Source: Thermodesulfobacteriota bacterium
GTDB lineage: Bacteria; Desulfobacterota_D; UBA1144; Nemesobacterales; UBA2774
Direction of reading: 5' to 3'
Length of the DNA stretch: 64,000 bases
Assembly: GCA_965223335.1 (NCBI GenBank)
Contig: OZ244991.1
Span: 800,001 to 864,000 of the forward strand
Part shown: piece after piece, positions 40,299 to 49,896 of the stretch
Layout of the letters: each line of letters begins with the position of its first letter
Position numbering within the stretch: position 1 is the stretch's first letter
Translations under genes and position numbers: made by a program
The notes under the pieces: model-generated
What the model was told of the DNA's origin: nothing
What the model saw: the letters and a program-made list of their open reading frames with translations, nothing else
Databases searched by the model: none

Positions 40299-43142
40299 TT
40301 AGTTATCTTCGCGGTTAAACCCTCTTTCCTGCAAGAGCATATTCCGCCTCTGCCTGTCCTCGAGCAGTTCCTGCATATCGGCCTCTGTCTCTACGATTCG
40401 AGGTGTAAGCAGAATCATAAGGTTGATCTTTTGACTCTGGCGCTGTTTGAACTTAAATAGATTGCCAAGCACAGGGATCCTACCGAGCACAGGCACCCTG
40501 TTTTGCAACACACCCTCGCGGTCCTGCACAAGCCCGCCGATTACAATAGTCTGCCCGTCTTTTACCACAACCGACGAATCAGCCGTACGCGTTGTTGTGG
40601 CAATACCGAACTGTGCGGTGTTAAGCCCCGCGGGGGCATCGCGGATCGCGGAGACCTCGGTAAGAATGTTTAGGTTAAGGAAATCCCCCTCACTTATCTG
40701 AGGAGTGATCGAGAGCCTTATTCCAACCGGCTCACGTTGGATGGTTTGCACAGTAACACCACCCTCACCCACGGTGTTTCCCGTGGGAAACGGTATTACA
40801 TCGGCCACTACGATCTCAGCCGGTTCATTATCGGTGGTAATAATGCTTGGGGTCGAGAGCACATTCACATCGGTTAAAGAGGTGAGTGCCTGAAACAGTG
40901 CGCTGAACGAAGGTATTGGTGGTATGGGCCCTGAGCCGTCCGGGTCAACCTCCTCCCCGATTACACCTAGGAATAGACCCGAGAGACTGCCTACAAGGTT
41001 TACCGAATTTTCCGGATCAGCCGCTACACCAAGCAGGCTCGGCACACCCGGGAGTATTGTACCGCCAAATGCAAGGTTGTTGTCGTTGATGGTAAAACCT
41101 ATGCTCAGGTTGGTACCGAAAGACCTGAGTTTATCCAAACTTACCTCTAGTATTGCCGCTTCTACAAATACCTGTTTTCTCCGTATATCAAGTTGTTCAA
41201 TTACGGCCTTGACGGTTTCGTAATCGCGCCTCGAGCCTATAATAATCACAGAGTTTGTGGACGGGTCTGCCGTAATTCTAAGCCCTTCGGTCTCTGCAAC
41301 CGCAGCCGATAACCCGCTTGTGGCTTGTCGGGTAATGGCCTGACGTGCAGCCGCACCCGAGCCCACACCCGTTATCTCCGTTGTACCAAACGCCGACCCT
41401 CTACCCGCGGTAAGTGTGTTTGCAACACCCCTTTGCTGAGGCTGTCGGCTAGCCAGCGACGACCTCACTCCCCCCCCGCCTCCAAAGAGACTAGAGAGCA
41501 CTCCCACTACCTGCTCGGCATCTGCATTTAGCAGGCGTATCACATATATTCCGTCCTCAGGTACTTCAGTCTCAACGTCAAGGATCTCTATTACAGCCTT
41601 TATCTTAGCCATATCGTCGGGATAGGCTATTACGATTAGCGAATTGGTTCTATCGTCAGTAATTACCTTAAACCCGCCCAGCGACGATGGTGTTTGACCC
41701 TGCGAGGTTACTTGGGCCGCCGCCTGTGGCTGTGCCGCTCTACGTTGTGTCGCACGTGTGCGAGTCCCAGCGTCACGCCCTGCGCGCGTTGCCGGTTGCG
41801 CCCTCCTCACAGGAGTAGTACCCCCAGCGGATCCACCGAATATCTCTATCAGCTTCGTAGCCACATCGCCCGCCTCTGCATTTTGGAGCTTAATAAACTC
41901 AATCTCCGTTTCAACGTCCAGATTCTCTATTATTTCCAGCACCCTGTTCAGGTTATCCACGGTCTCAATGATGATAAGCAGGTTCATGGCAGGGTAAACA
42001 ACTATGTCACCCTCTCTCGAGATAAGAGGTTTAAGCAAGTTTGCCGCATCATTGGCCCTAATGTTTTGAAGCGGGACAAGCCTTGTGATATACCTGTCGG
42101 ACGAGTCCCCCATCTTAGTACCCACCTCTGTGGGGATGCTCTGGTTTTTTATCTCTCTTTTTGGAACGATTAAATTAGTGCCGTTTTTCTCTACTATTGA
42201 GAACCCGTTTAAGTCCAAGATGGTCTCAAATAGCCTCATAGCGTTTTCTTTTTTAAACCCGCCCGGGGCTATGACTGTTACTTTTTTACCCTTGACCGAC
42301 TCGTCCAGTACAAAATTCTCACCTGTTATCTCGCTTATTGTCTGTATGAGGTCTTGCACATCCATTTCGGGCTGAATGTTTACGACCTCTTCCTCGGTCG
42401 TGCGGGTCTCGGGTCCTGTGATCTCCCTAGGAGGTGGTGGGGTAGGAGGAGTGTACTGTTCCCGTGGGACCTCCTCTCGCTTAGTCTCAGGTGGCGATTC
42501 TTCATCTTCGGGCTTGTTTTTTTGGTTTGACGGAGCTTTACGGAGCTGCTCTTCATACCTTGACTTGCTACCCATGCGCCTCTGTAGCCTTAGCTGTCTA
42601 CGCTGCTCATGGGTAAGGTTTCTGGGATCTGCATCAGGAGCGTCTTCGACCTCTGACTCTGAATCAGTGGGTTGATCATCACCCCACTGACTTGCTCCAG
42701 CTCCCAGATCGTCATCAAATCCCTCTTGTGGTGCGTCAAGGTCGTTTTGTGCAAGTAGCAACCCGCTACTGACGTCATGAGCAGAAACAGCTTTAGTTTG
42801 AGCAACTACGATTTCGCTTGAATCCCCAGAGCTTGGGATCTCTAAAAACTGCCCTGCAGTAATATTATCTCCGCTCAAGTTGTTGGCAGCTTTAATCTCA
42901 TCAGTGGTGGTGTTGTTTCTGGCCGCAATCCCCGAGAGCGTGTCACCCGGTTTTATTTCGTAACGGATAGGTTTGGGTTGGAAATTGCTTTTTATCTCTT
43001 GTGTAATTAATGGGTCGGGCTCTATCTCTTTGGTTTGGGCTGTGTTTTCGCCCACAACGGACTTATCGCGGTCTGTATTTATGTATATATATAAGGTAAC
43101 TAGGAATGCTATGGCAATTACATTAATTAATAAGCCTCTCAT
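40299..43142 (-). CDS. gspD: Type II secretion secretin GspD with N-terminal TM, LysM and disordered extension
   Basis: N-domain repeats, QVFVEAAILEV, VLSTPSI, GIRLSITPQI, VPVLGRIPVLGNLF, LMILLTPRI; LysM YEIKPGDTLSGIA. Confidence 0.93.
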   Translation of the reverse strand: MRGLLINVIAIAFLVTLYIYINTDRDKSVVGENTAQTKEIEPDPLITQEIKSNFQPKPIRYEIKPGDTLSGIAARNNTTTDEIKAANNLSGDNITAGQFLEIPSSGDSSEIVVAQTKAVSAHDVSSGLLLAQNDLDAPQEGFDDDLGAGASQWGDDQPTDSESEVEDAPDADPRNLTHEQRRQLRLQRRMGSKSRYEEQLRKAPSNQKNKPEDEESPPETKREEVPREQYTPPTPPPPREITGPETRTTEEEVVNIQPEMDVQDLIQTISEITGENFVLDESVKGKKVTVIAPGGFKKENAMRLFETILDLNGFSIVEKNGTNLIVPKREIKNQSIPTEVGTKMGDSSDRYITRLVPLQNIRANDAANLLKPLISREGDIVVYPAMNLLIIIETVDNLNRVLEIIENLDVETEIEFIKLQNAEAGDVATKLIEIFGGSAGGTTPVRRAQPATRAGRDAGTRTRATQRRAAQPQAAAQVTSQGQTPSSLGGFKVITDDRTNSLIVIAYPDDMAKIKAVIEILDVETEVPEDGIYVIRLLNADAEQVVGVLSSLFGGGGGVRSSLASRQPQQRGVANTLTAGRGSAFGTTEITGVGSGAAARQAITRQATSGLSAAVAETEGLRITADPSTNSVIIIGSRRDYETVKAVIEQLDIRRKQVFVEAAILEVSLDKLRSFGTNLSIGFTINDNNLAFGGTILPGVPSLLGVAADPENSVNLVGSLSGLFLGVIGEEVDPDGSGPIPPIPSFSALFQALTSLTDVNVLSTPSIITTDNEPAEIVVADVIPFPTGNTVGEGGVTVQTIQREPVGIRLSITPQISEGDFLNLNILTEVSAIRDAPAGLNTAQFGIATTTRTADSSVVVKDGQTIVIGGLVQDREGVLQNRVPVLGRIPVLGNLFKFKQRQSQKINLMILLTPRIVETEADMQELLEDRQRRNMLLQERGFNREDN

Positions 43143-43243
43143 GGCTCTAACCTCTCCGACTGCCTACGTGCGCTATTTACTCTAATATACTTCCAGCCTC
43201 AACCCCACAATTTATAAGTCGTTATCTATACACTTTAACCGAT

Positions 43244-44182
43244 TTATCGTACATTGTACTCATACGTATATTTTTGCCCGGCCCTAGTAAAATCTATTGT
43301 AAAATTGCTCTGAGACCTAAGCTCTTCAAACAACCCCAGCGCTCTTTCCACATCACTTAGCTCGACCCCGTTAATATGGTTCATGATGTCGCCGTTTCTG
43401 ATACCTATTTTATGGAATACCGTGTTGGGTCTAATACCGAAAAACCTAAGCCCATCGTCCTGGGGAATGACCCTGGCCTGGTTTAAAATGGTCGTCGGGT
43501 CCCCGAGTACCTCTTCCAGCATATCCCTGTCTATTACGTACTGACCCTCGTCCACTTTCTGAATCCCCCTATCTAATGTACTCCCTTGGGATTTGGCATC
43601 ATTCTTAGGCCTTGGCCTGTTAACCCTCTTCGTAGGTATTGTAGTCTTGGTGGACGCTACCTCGGTCTGATTCTTCAAATTTAGACATTTTATGGTTTCA
43701 GGCCCCTTACCCACGCGCTCTATTACAGCCTTACAGTTCTCAACACGTACAAGCCTCACGTTTTCATTCTCGATTATATTTATTATCTGACCGCCCCTAA
43801 ACCCGTCTACTTTACTGTTGCTAAGGTTTTTGATAATCGCTATAGACGGAGCGTCCCTATTCACTATCGTCCCCAAGAGCTCTAAGTCCAGATTAGATTC
43901 CGGGATGTTTTCGGACGAGCCCACAGTACTCTCGTTCGAACCCACATTCGTAACACCAAACAGGTTCCTCTGCACAATTACCTCATAGTAGTTTAGAGGC
44001 TGGCGGCGAGACGAGCGCTTAACAGGGTTATTTGACGAATTCTGTTGAGATGCCACAGCGGTCGATGAGCTTAGCTCACCCTCTATAGAACTATTTACTA
44101 CCGTGGCAAGTACATAAGCAAGGGCACTCAATAAAAGTAGGTTTAAAACCCACACATACTTTTTAAGAATAGTGACAATCAT
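43244..44182 (-). CDS. gspC: Type II secretion protein GspC with PDZ-like domain
   Basis: TM, RNLFG, LELLGTI HR domain, C-terminal GIRNGDIMNHINGVEL PDZ-like segment. Confidence 0.88.
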   Translation of the reverse strand: MIVTILKKYVWVLNLLLLSALAYVLATVVNSSIEGELSSSTAVASQQNSSNNPVKRSSRRQPLNYYEVIVQRNLFGVTNVGSNESTVGSSENIPESNLDLELLGTIVNRDAPSIAIIKNLSNSKVDGFRGGQIINIIENENVRLVRVENCKAVIERVGKGPETIKCLNLKNQTEVASTKTTIPTKRVNRPRPKNDAKSQGSTLDRGIQKVDEGQYVIDRDMLEEVLGDPTTILNQARVIPQDDGLRFFGIRPNTVFHKIGIRNGDIMNHINGVELSDVERALGLFEELRSQSNFTIDFTRAGQKYTYEYNVR

Positions 44183-44210
44183 TTAAGTAGCTTAATTAAT
44201 TTTACCTTAC

Positions 44211-44239
44211 AAAATAAAGCCTGTTACTTTAGCTGTCAA
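44211..44239 (-). promoter_or_regulatory. Sigma-70-type promoter of the gsp operon
   Basis: TTGACA-17 nt-TATTTT on the minus strand. Confidence 0.5.
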
Positions 44240-44478
44240 GCATTTTTAGACAGCCACCCGATCCTACAAATTCTTTACATCATCTGTGTTGAATGCTGTT
44301 TCTTAAGATATTACCCGACCCGTTACCACACTCTCAAACAAACACCATAACACTCATTGCGGGCGCATTCCGTATTTAAAATACATTAGAGAATATGAGC
44401 CCCCCCGCGTTTACAATTTACTTTTTTTTAATGAAAAATCAATCTCAACTTTCCACACTGACACTATGTTCTTGTTCC

Positions 44479-45906
44479 TCAGTGATAGTAGCGATCGTCG
44501 GTGACACAACAGTTCACAAGCTCTGTAAGCAGCTCTTGCTGAAACGTTCTTGCTATAGGCCCAAGCCCGTTAGAGAGTATAGAAAACACCAGCACGTCGC
44601 CACGCATAGTATATATAAACCCCGAAAGTGCACGAACGTTGCGGAGATAGCCGGTTTTTGCCATTACCCGTCCCTGCACCGCAGTTTTCTTGAACCTTTT
44701 TCTCAACGTGCCGTCCACCCCTGCTACCGGTAGAGATATCATAAACTCAGATGAAATCAGGTGGTTATTATACGCATAGCTTAGAATCCTGGTCAGCGTG
44801 TCTGGCGAGACCCTGTTTAAGAGTGAGAGTCCCGAGCCGTCTACCACTGTATACCCGTCCTCGATCCCCGCCTGATTCAAAAACTCTGAAATCACCTGAG
44901 ACCCTTTCGTCCAAGTACCGGGGGCACCCTTGAATTTGGCACCCATAGTTTTCATCAAATTCTCGCCGATGACGTTCACACTGTTCTTGTTGTACTCGGT
45001 CACTACTAGATTTAGCGGTTCGGAATGGTGTGTATAGAAACTGTTCGCCCACCTGGGTACCGTACCGTGCTCCACCTGGCCCTCGACAGCAATACCCCCT
45101 GCCTCGATAGCACCCTTTATCACCCCTCCGGCGAAGATGGCGGGATCGCTCACGGGGATCTTTAGTACTATATTGCCCCTGGGTCTTATTCTGCCGTCGA
45201 GTATCAATGAGTTACTGCCCTGCCACGATGTAGTTAACACACTCTTTTTCTTAGATGTAACAGCCCTATTGATAATTTTAATATTGGAGCCCTTGGGATG
45301 AATCATTACCGCAGGGTTTTTGCCAAGCCCCGTTCCGCTAACGGTAATCTCGAGAACATTGTAGTTTAAAGACAGCGCACTTATAGGCGGGCTGTAAAAA
45401 TCATCCTTCCACTCCTGCTTCCAGCCCCTCGGTCGTCTGATTTTACTGAAATACTCGTCGTCTACTATTATCCCGCCCTTTATCTGCTTTACTCCCAGGT
45501 GCTTTAGCTTATAGACCAGGTACCCGATGTTTGCGTCCGAGAGCGTGGGGTCGCCATAGCCCTTAATGTACAGCCCCCCATGCAGCACACCGTTTGATAT
45601 CTCGCCCCCGGAATAAAACTCGGTCTTAAACCTATAGTCCTTACCTAGCAGCGAGAGTGCCGCAACGGATGTTATGATTTTTTCGTTAGATGCCGGGATA
45701 AACATCCTTTCGGGGTTATGCTCGAATATTGTCTGCCCCGAACGAAGCGATTTTACAACCACTCCTAGCTTGCCATTCTCTCTGGCACCATCAGGCACCA
45801 TTGAGTACAACTTGTCGGAGTATAAATTTGTCCCTGCAGAAAACGCAGTATGCGCAAGGGACAAGATCAGCAATAGGGTTATAAATATCGAGTACGATTT
45901 TCTCAT
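44479..45906 (-). CDS. dacB: D-Ala-D-Ala carboxypeptidase/endopeptidase (PBP4, peptidase S13)
   Basis: PASNEK (SxxK), GYGDPTL, SVN (SxN), DGSGLS, AKTG. Confidence 0.92.
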   Translation of the reverse strand: MRKSYSIFITLLLILSLAHTAFSAGTNLYSDKLYSMVPDGARENGKLGVVVKSLRSGQTIFEHNPERMFIPASNEKIITSVAALSLLGKDYRFKTEFYSGGEISNGVLHGGLYIKGYGDPTLSDANIGYLVYKLKHLGVKQIKGGIIVDDEYFSKIRRPRGWKQEWKDDFYSPPISALSLNYNVLEITVSGTGLGKNPAVMIHPKGSNIKIINRAVTSKKKSVLTTSWQGSNSLILDGRIRPRGNIVLKIPVSDPAIFAGGVIKGAIEAGGIAVEGQVEHGTVPRWANSFYTHHSEPLNLVVTEYNKNSVNVIGENLMKTMGAKFKGAPGTWTKGSQVISEFLNQAGIEDGYTVVDGSGLSLLNRVSPDTLTRILSYAYNNHLISSEFMISLPVAGVDGTLRKRFKKTAVQGRVMAKTGYLRNVRALSGFIYTMRGDVLVFSILSNGLGPIARTFQQELLTELVNCCVTDDRYYH

Positions 45907-45913
45907 ACTAAAC

Positions 45914-45942
45914 ATTAAATACCAATCGTTACTTATTGTCAA
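45914..45942 (-). promoter_or_regulatory. Sigma-70-type promoter of dacB (leaderless geometry)
   Basis: TTGACA-17 nt-TTTAAT-7 nt-ATG. Confidence 0.55.
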
Positions 45943-45963
45943 TACGTAATATTTTATTTTCGT

Positions 45964-48681
45964 TTAATGGGCCAATGCCCAATTAGGACCTTCCCCGATA
46001 TCCACTTTTAGAGGTACTTCGAGCTTCCATGCGTTTTCCATCTCACTTACCACAATAGATTTTACACTATCCACCTCACCCAGATCAACCTCAAATACAA
46101 GTTCGTCATGCACTTGGAGAATCATGCGCGATCTGTAGCTGCCCGATAGTTTTTGATGAATGTTGATCATGGCAATATTTATAATATCGGCGGCCGAGCC
46201 CTGGATTGGGGTGTTAACAGCAGTGCGTTCACCAAACCCCCGGTTGCCGCGGTTATTGGATTTAAGCTCGGGTATCGGGCGGCGGCGCCCGAGTATAGTC
46301 TGTGCATAGCCATTATTGAGAGCATCCGCAATGGATCTATCTAAATAGGTCTTCACCATACTGTAACGCTTGAAGTACTCGTCAATGTAGCTCTTTGCAA
46401 TTGACACGGATGTGCCGAGCTGCTTGGCCAGACCAAACCCGCTAATACCGTAAATAATCCCGAAATTGATATTCTTTGCCAGCCGCCTCATGTCAGGGGT
46501 AACATCGTCTTCACTGACCCCGAATATCTCAGCGGCAGTACGGTTATGTATATCGCTACCATTCTGAAACGCTTCCACAAGGCTTGGGTCTAGTGAAAAA
46601 TGCGCAAGGAGCCTAAGCTCGATCTGCGAGTAGTCCGCAGAGAGCAGCACACAACCGTCCTCAGGCACAAAAGCCTCTCTTATTCGCCGTCCCTCGGTGG
46701 TTTTTATGGGGATGTTCTGTAGGTTGGGGTCGCTTGAGCTCAGCCTGCCTGTCGAGGTACCGACCTGGTTGTACGAGGTGTGGATCCTCCCGGTTTCGGG
46801 GTTTATGAGCTTGGGCAGCGAGTCCACATAGGTGGATTTCAGCTTGGCGAGAGTTCTATACGAGAGCACTTTTTCGGGCACAGGATGGTATTTGCTCAGA
46901 TCGTTTAGCACCTCTACATCCGTTGAGGGCTCGCCGGTTTTAGTCATCTTTTTCTGCGGGAGTTCTAATTTTTCAAACAAAACCTCGCGAAGCTGGAGTG
47001 GTGAGTTTAAATTAAACTCATACCCCACCTCTGTGTATATCTCTTTTTTGATATCCTCTAGCGAGGCTTGAAACTCCCGAGCCAATTCATGGAGCAAAGA
47101 GCCATCGAGTTTGACACCACTAATCTCCATGTGCGCCAACACCTTGATAAATTCCAGCTCCACATCCCTATACACTTTCTCAAACCCACATTGCTCGAGT
47201 TCATCACTGAGCCTGCGGGTTAGAATCATTGTCACATCGGCGTCTTCACACGCGTAGGTCATGGCTCTACTGATCTCGACCTGGTCAAAACTCAACTTGT
47301 CTTTCCCACTGCCGGTCACATCCTTATAGCTAATCATCTGGTGACCCAGATAGATCCTAGAAAGCTCATCTAGCTTGTAAGAATTGCGAGACGAGTCCAC
47401 CATGTGTGCCGCAACCATCGTATCGAACCATATACCCCGTAGCTCTATCCCGTACTTATGCAACACCACATACTCGTATTTTAGGTTCTGTCCGATTTTT
47501 TTGATATTGTCATCTTGGAAAATATCCCGTAACTCCGCGAGTACATAATTTAGATCAAGCTGATTTAGCTTCGAATCCGTAAGGGATGTGTGTGCAACAG
47601 GCACATAGTACGACTCATGTTCCCTGGGCGAGAGCGCAATACCGACTATCTCTGCAAGCATCGGTTCTTTTGAAGTGGTCTCGAAATCAAAAGAAAGCTC
47701 CTTGGTCTCGGCCACAAGCTCTATCACCTTCTTAAGCTCGTCCTTCTTAAGCACAACACTGTAGTTGTCGTACGCCACACTGCCGGGGTTCCCACCACCG
47801 GCTTTATCGATAGGATCCAGTTCTGTTTCACTGCCACCCAGCTCGCGTACTAGGTTTTTAAACTCGAGCTCCTTAAACATCTGCCCCAGCTTCTCCTTAT
47901 CGAATCCACTATACCTAAACAGCTCGGGATCGGTGTCCATATCTATATCGGTCTTTATCGTCACCAGTTCTTTGCTCAACAGCGCATTTTCTCTATCGGT
48001 TGTTATCAGCTCCTTTTGCCGCTTTGTGACCGAGTCCAATTGCTCCATCAACCCTTCCAATGAACCGAACGATTTGATCAGGGTTACGGCGGTCTTCTCA
48101 CCAATACCCTTTACACCCGGGATGTTGTCCACCGAATCCCCCGCCAAGGCAAACACGTCTATCATCTTGTCAGGTGTGACCCCATAGCGCTCAACCACAT
48201 CCTCGATCCCTGTTTTTTTGTTCTTCATCGTATCGAGCAGCGTTACTTTTTCGGTCACTAACTGACAAAAATCCTTATCCCCCGTCACAAGTACAACCTC
48301 GGTGCTGTGGTTCTCGGCATTTTTTGCCACAGTACCCATAAGGTCGTCTGCCTCGTACCCCTCACACTGAAGCCTCGTGATATTAAAAGCGTCCACTATC
48401 TCAAAAATCATAGGGAACTGGGGTTTCAGATCCTCGGGGGGCTCCCCCCGGTTGGCCTTATATAGTGGGTACACATCGTTACGAAACGTATTACCCTTGG
48501 AATCAAACACCACACCCAGGAACTCGGGCTCGTAATCCTTAATAAACTTAAAGAGCATCGATGTAAATCCATACACGGCGTTTGTGGGGGTACCGTCCGA
48601 TGTGCTAAGGTGGCGGATTGCATAATAGGCCCGGAAAATATATGAACTGCCGTCAATAAGATAGAGCGTGGGTTTACCCAT
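45964..48681 (-). CDS. polA: DNA polymerase I
   Basis: 5'-3' exonuclease (LIDGSSYIFRAY, YEADD), 3'-5' exonuclease (DFET), polymerase (ADYSQIELR, AKNINFGIIYG, QVHDEL). Confidence 0.98.
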   Translation of the reverse strand: MGKPTLYLIDGSSYIFRAYYAIRHLSTSDGTPTNAVYGFTSMLFKFIKDYEPEFLGVVFDSKGNTFRNDVYPLYKANRGEPPEDLKPQFPMIFEIVDAFNITRLQCEGYEADDLMGTVAKNAENHSTEVVLVTGDKDFCQLVTEKVTLLDTMKNKKTGIEDVVERYGVTPDKMIDVFALAGDSVDNIPGVKGIGEKTAVTLIKSFGSLEGLMEQLDSVTKRQKELITTDRENALLSKELVTIKTDIDMDTDPELFRYSGFDKEKLGQMFKELEFKNLVRELGGSETELDPIDKAGGGNPGSVAYDNYSVVLKKDELKKVIELVAETKELSFDFETTSKEPMLAEIVGIALSPREHESYYVPVAHTSLTDSKLNQLDLNYVLAELRDIFQDDNIKKIGQNLKYEYVVLHKYGIELRGIWFDTMVAAHMVDSSRNSYKLDELSRIYLGHQMISYKDVTGSGKDKLSFDQVEISRAMTYACEDADVTMILTRRLSDELEQCGFEKVYRDVELEFIKVLAHMEISGVKLDGSLLHELAREFQASLEDIKKEIYTEVGYEFNLNSPLQLREVLFEKLELPQKKMTKTGEPSTDVEVLNDLSKYHPVPEKVLSYRTLAKLKSTYVDSLPKLINPETGRIHTSYNQVGTSTGRLSSSDPNLQNIPIKTTEGRRIREAFVPEDGCVLLSADYSQIELRLLAHFSLDPSLVEAFQNGSDIHNRTAAEIFGVSEDDVTPDMRRLAKNINFGIIYGISGFGLAKQLGTSVSIAKSYIDEYFKRYSMVKTYLDRSIADALNNGYAQTILGRRRPIPELKSNNRGNRGFGERTAVNTPIQGSAADIINIAMINIHQKLSGSYRSRMILQVHDELVFEVDLGEVDSVKSIVVSEMENAWKLEVPLKVDIGEGPNWALAH

Positions 48682-48689
48682 AGCCTTAC

Positions 48690-48718
48690 ATTGTAGGAGT
48701 TAATGGTTTTAGTGTCAA
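48690..48718 (-). promoter_or_regulatory. Sigma-70-type promoter of polA (leaderless geometry)
   Basis: TTGACA-17 nt-TACAAT-8 nt-ATG; no SD between the -10 box and the start. Confidence 0.65.
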
Positions 48719-48814
48719 AATCGGGTGTAGATCAAGCAGTAAAATAGCTGGAAACAGGATGTGTAGATAAACTCAATTTGTTAGAATTAAGGCACGTAAC
48801 ATGGGCTAAAAAGA

Positions 48815-49840
48815 TTAACGCTGGGGCTCGATTATCACCTTTACCGAGTCACTAGCATCCGAAACCATTTTGAAGCCCAGTTCAGTTTCCCCGAGCCCGA
48901 GCTTGTGAGTGACCATATCCGCCACGTTGACACGCTTTGCCCTAATGAGCTCCAATGCCAATGCCAGCTCCTCAGGTGCAGCGGCATAAGAGCTCGTCAC
49001 CTGCACACCCGACCACCAGAACTCGTTAAATGGGATGTTAATTTTAGTGTCGGGATCAGTGGGCGCAAAAAACAGTATCCTCCCCCCGTTTTCAACTATC
49101 CGAAAGGCCTGCTCTATTGCAGGCACAGCCCCCGTGCATACCACCACACAGTCCACAAGCTGCCCCCCGTTATTGTCTCGTAGATAAGACTCAATATCCT
49201 CTTCGGCTTTAATTGCAAAATCAGCACCAAAGCGCAAAGCCGCTTCGAGCCTATAATCATTTACATCCGATGCAAATATCCGCCCGGCACCAAGTGCCTT
49301 GGCCGCTTGGATGTGCAAAAGCCCTGTGATCCCGCTACCCATAACAAACACGCTTGAGCCCATTTGAAAGCCCGCAACCCTCTGCCCGCGTATAACACAG
49401 CCCAACGGTTCTACAAATGAGCCCTCGTCATAGCTCACCTCGTCCGGCAGATTAAGCACTCCCCTGTCCACATTTATTGCAGGGATCCTAATGTACTCAG
49501 CAAACCCGCCCGGGTCGAAATGTGTTGAGCGCAGAGTTGAACACGCTGTGTGGTTATCGCGCAAACAGTGATAGCATGTGTTACAGGGCACATGGTGAGT
49601 GGCAACCACCCTGTCTCCCACTGCAAACTTATTCACATTCGCACCGACCTCTGTGACCTCTCCAGTGATCTCGTGCCCGAGCACTAGCGGGGCTTTAGGT
49701 ACCCTGTACCACTCCATCAGGTCACTGCCGCATATCCCGCTTGAGTGCACCTTTATCATGATCTCCTCGGGTCCGATCTGGGGCTTTGGGACCTCTTCGA
49801 GCCTTATATCGCTGTTGTTGTAGTACATTGCTACACGCAC
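48815..49840 (-). CDS. Zn-dependent alcohol/polyol dehydrogenase (MDR family)
   Basis: GICGSD, LGHE, PCNTCYHC...C, GSGITG. Confidence 0.92.
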   Translation of the reverse strand: MRVAMYYNNSDIRLEEVPKPQIGPEEIMIKVHSSGICGSDLMEWYRVPKAPLVLGHEITGEVTEVGANVNKFAVGDRVVATHHVPCNTCYHCLRDNHTACSTLRSTHFDPGGFAEYIRIPAINVDRGVLNLPDEVSYDEGSFVEPLGCVIRGQRVAGFQMGSSVFVMGSGITGLLHIQAAKALGAGRIFASDVNDYRLEAALRFGADFAIKAEEDIESYLRDNNGGQLVDCVVVCTGAVPAIEQAFRIVENGGRILFFAPTDPDTKINIPFNEFWWSGVQVTSSYAAAPEELALALELIRAKRVNVADMVTHKLGLGETELGFKMVSDASDSVKVIIEPQR

Positions 49841-49896
49841 CGGTTAGTACACTCCTACTATACAGTGATTAGATAACTTCTGGGACTGTGTATGGA

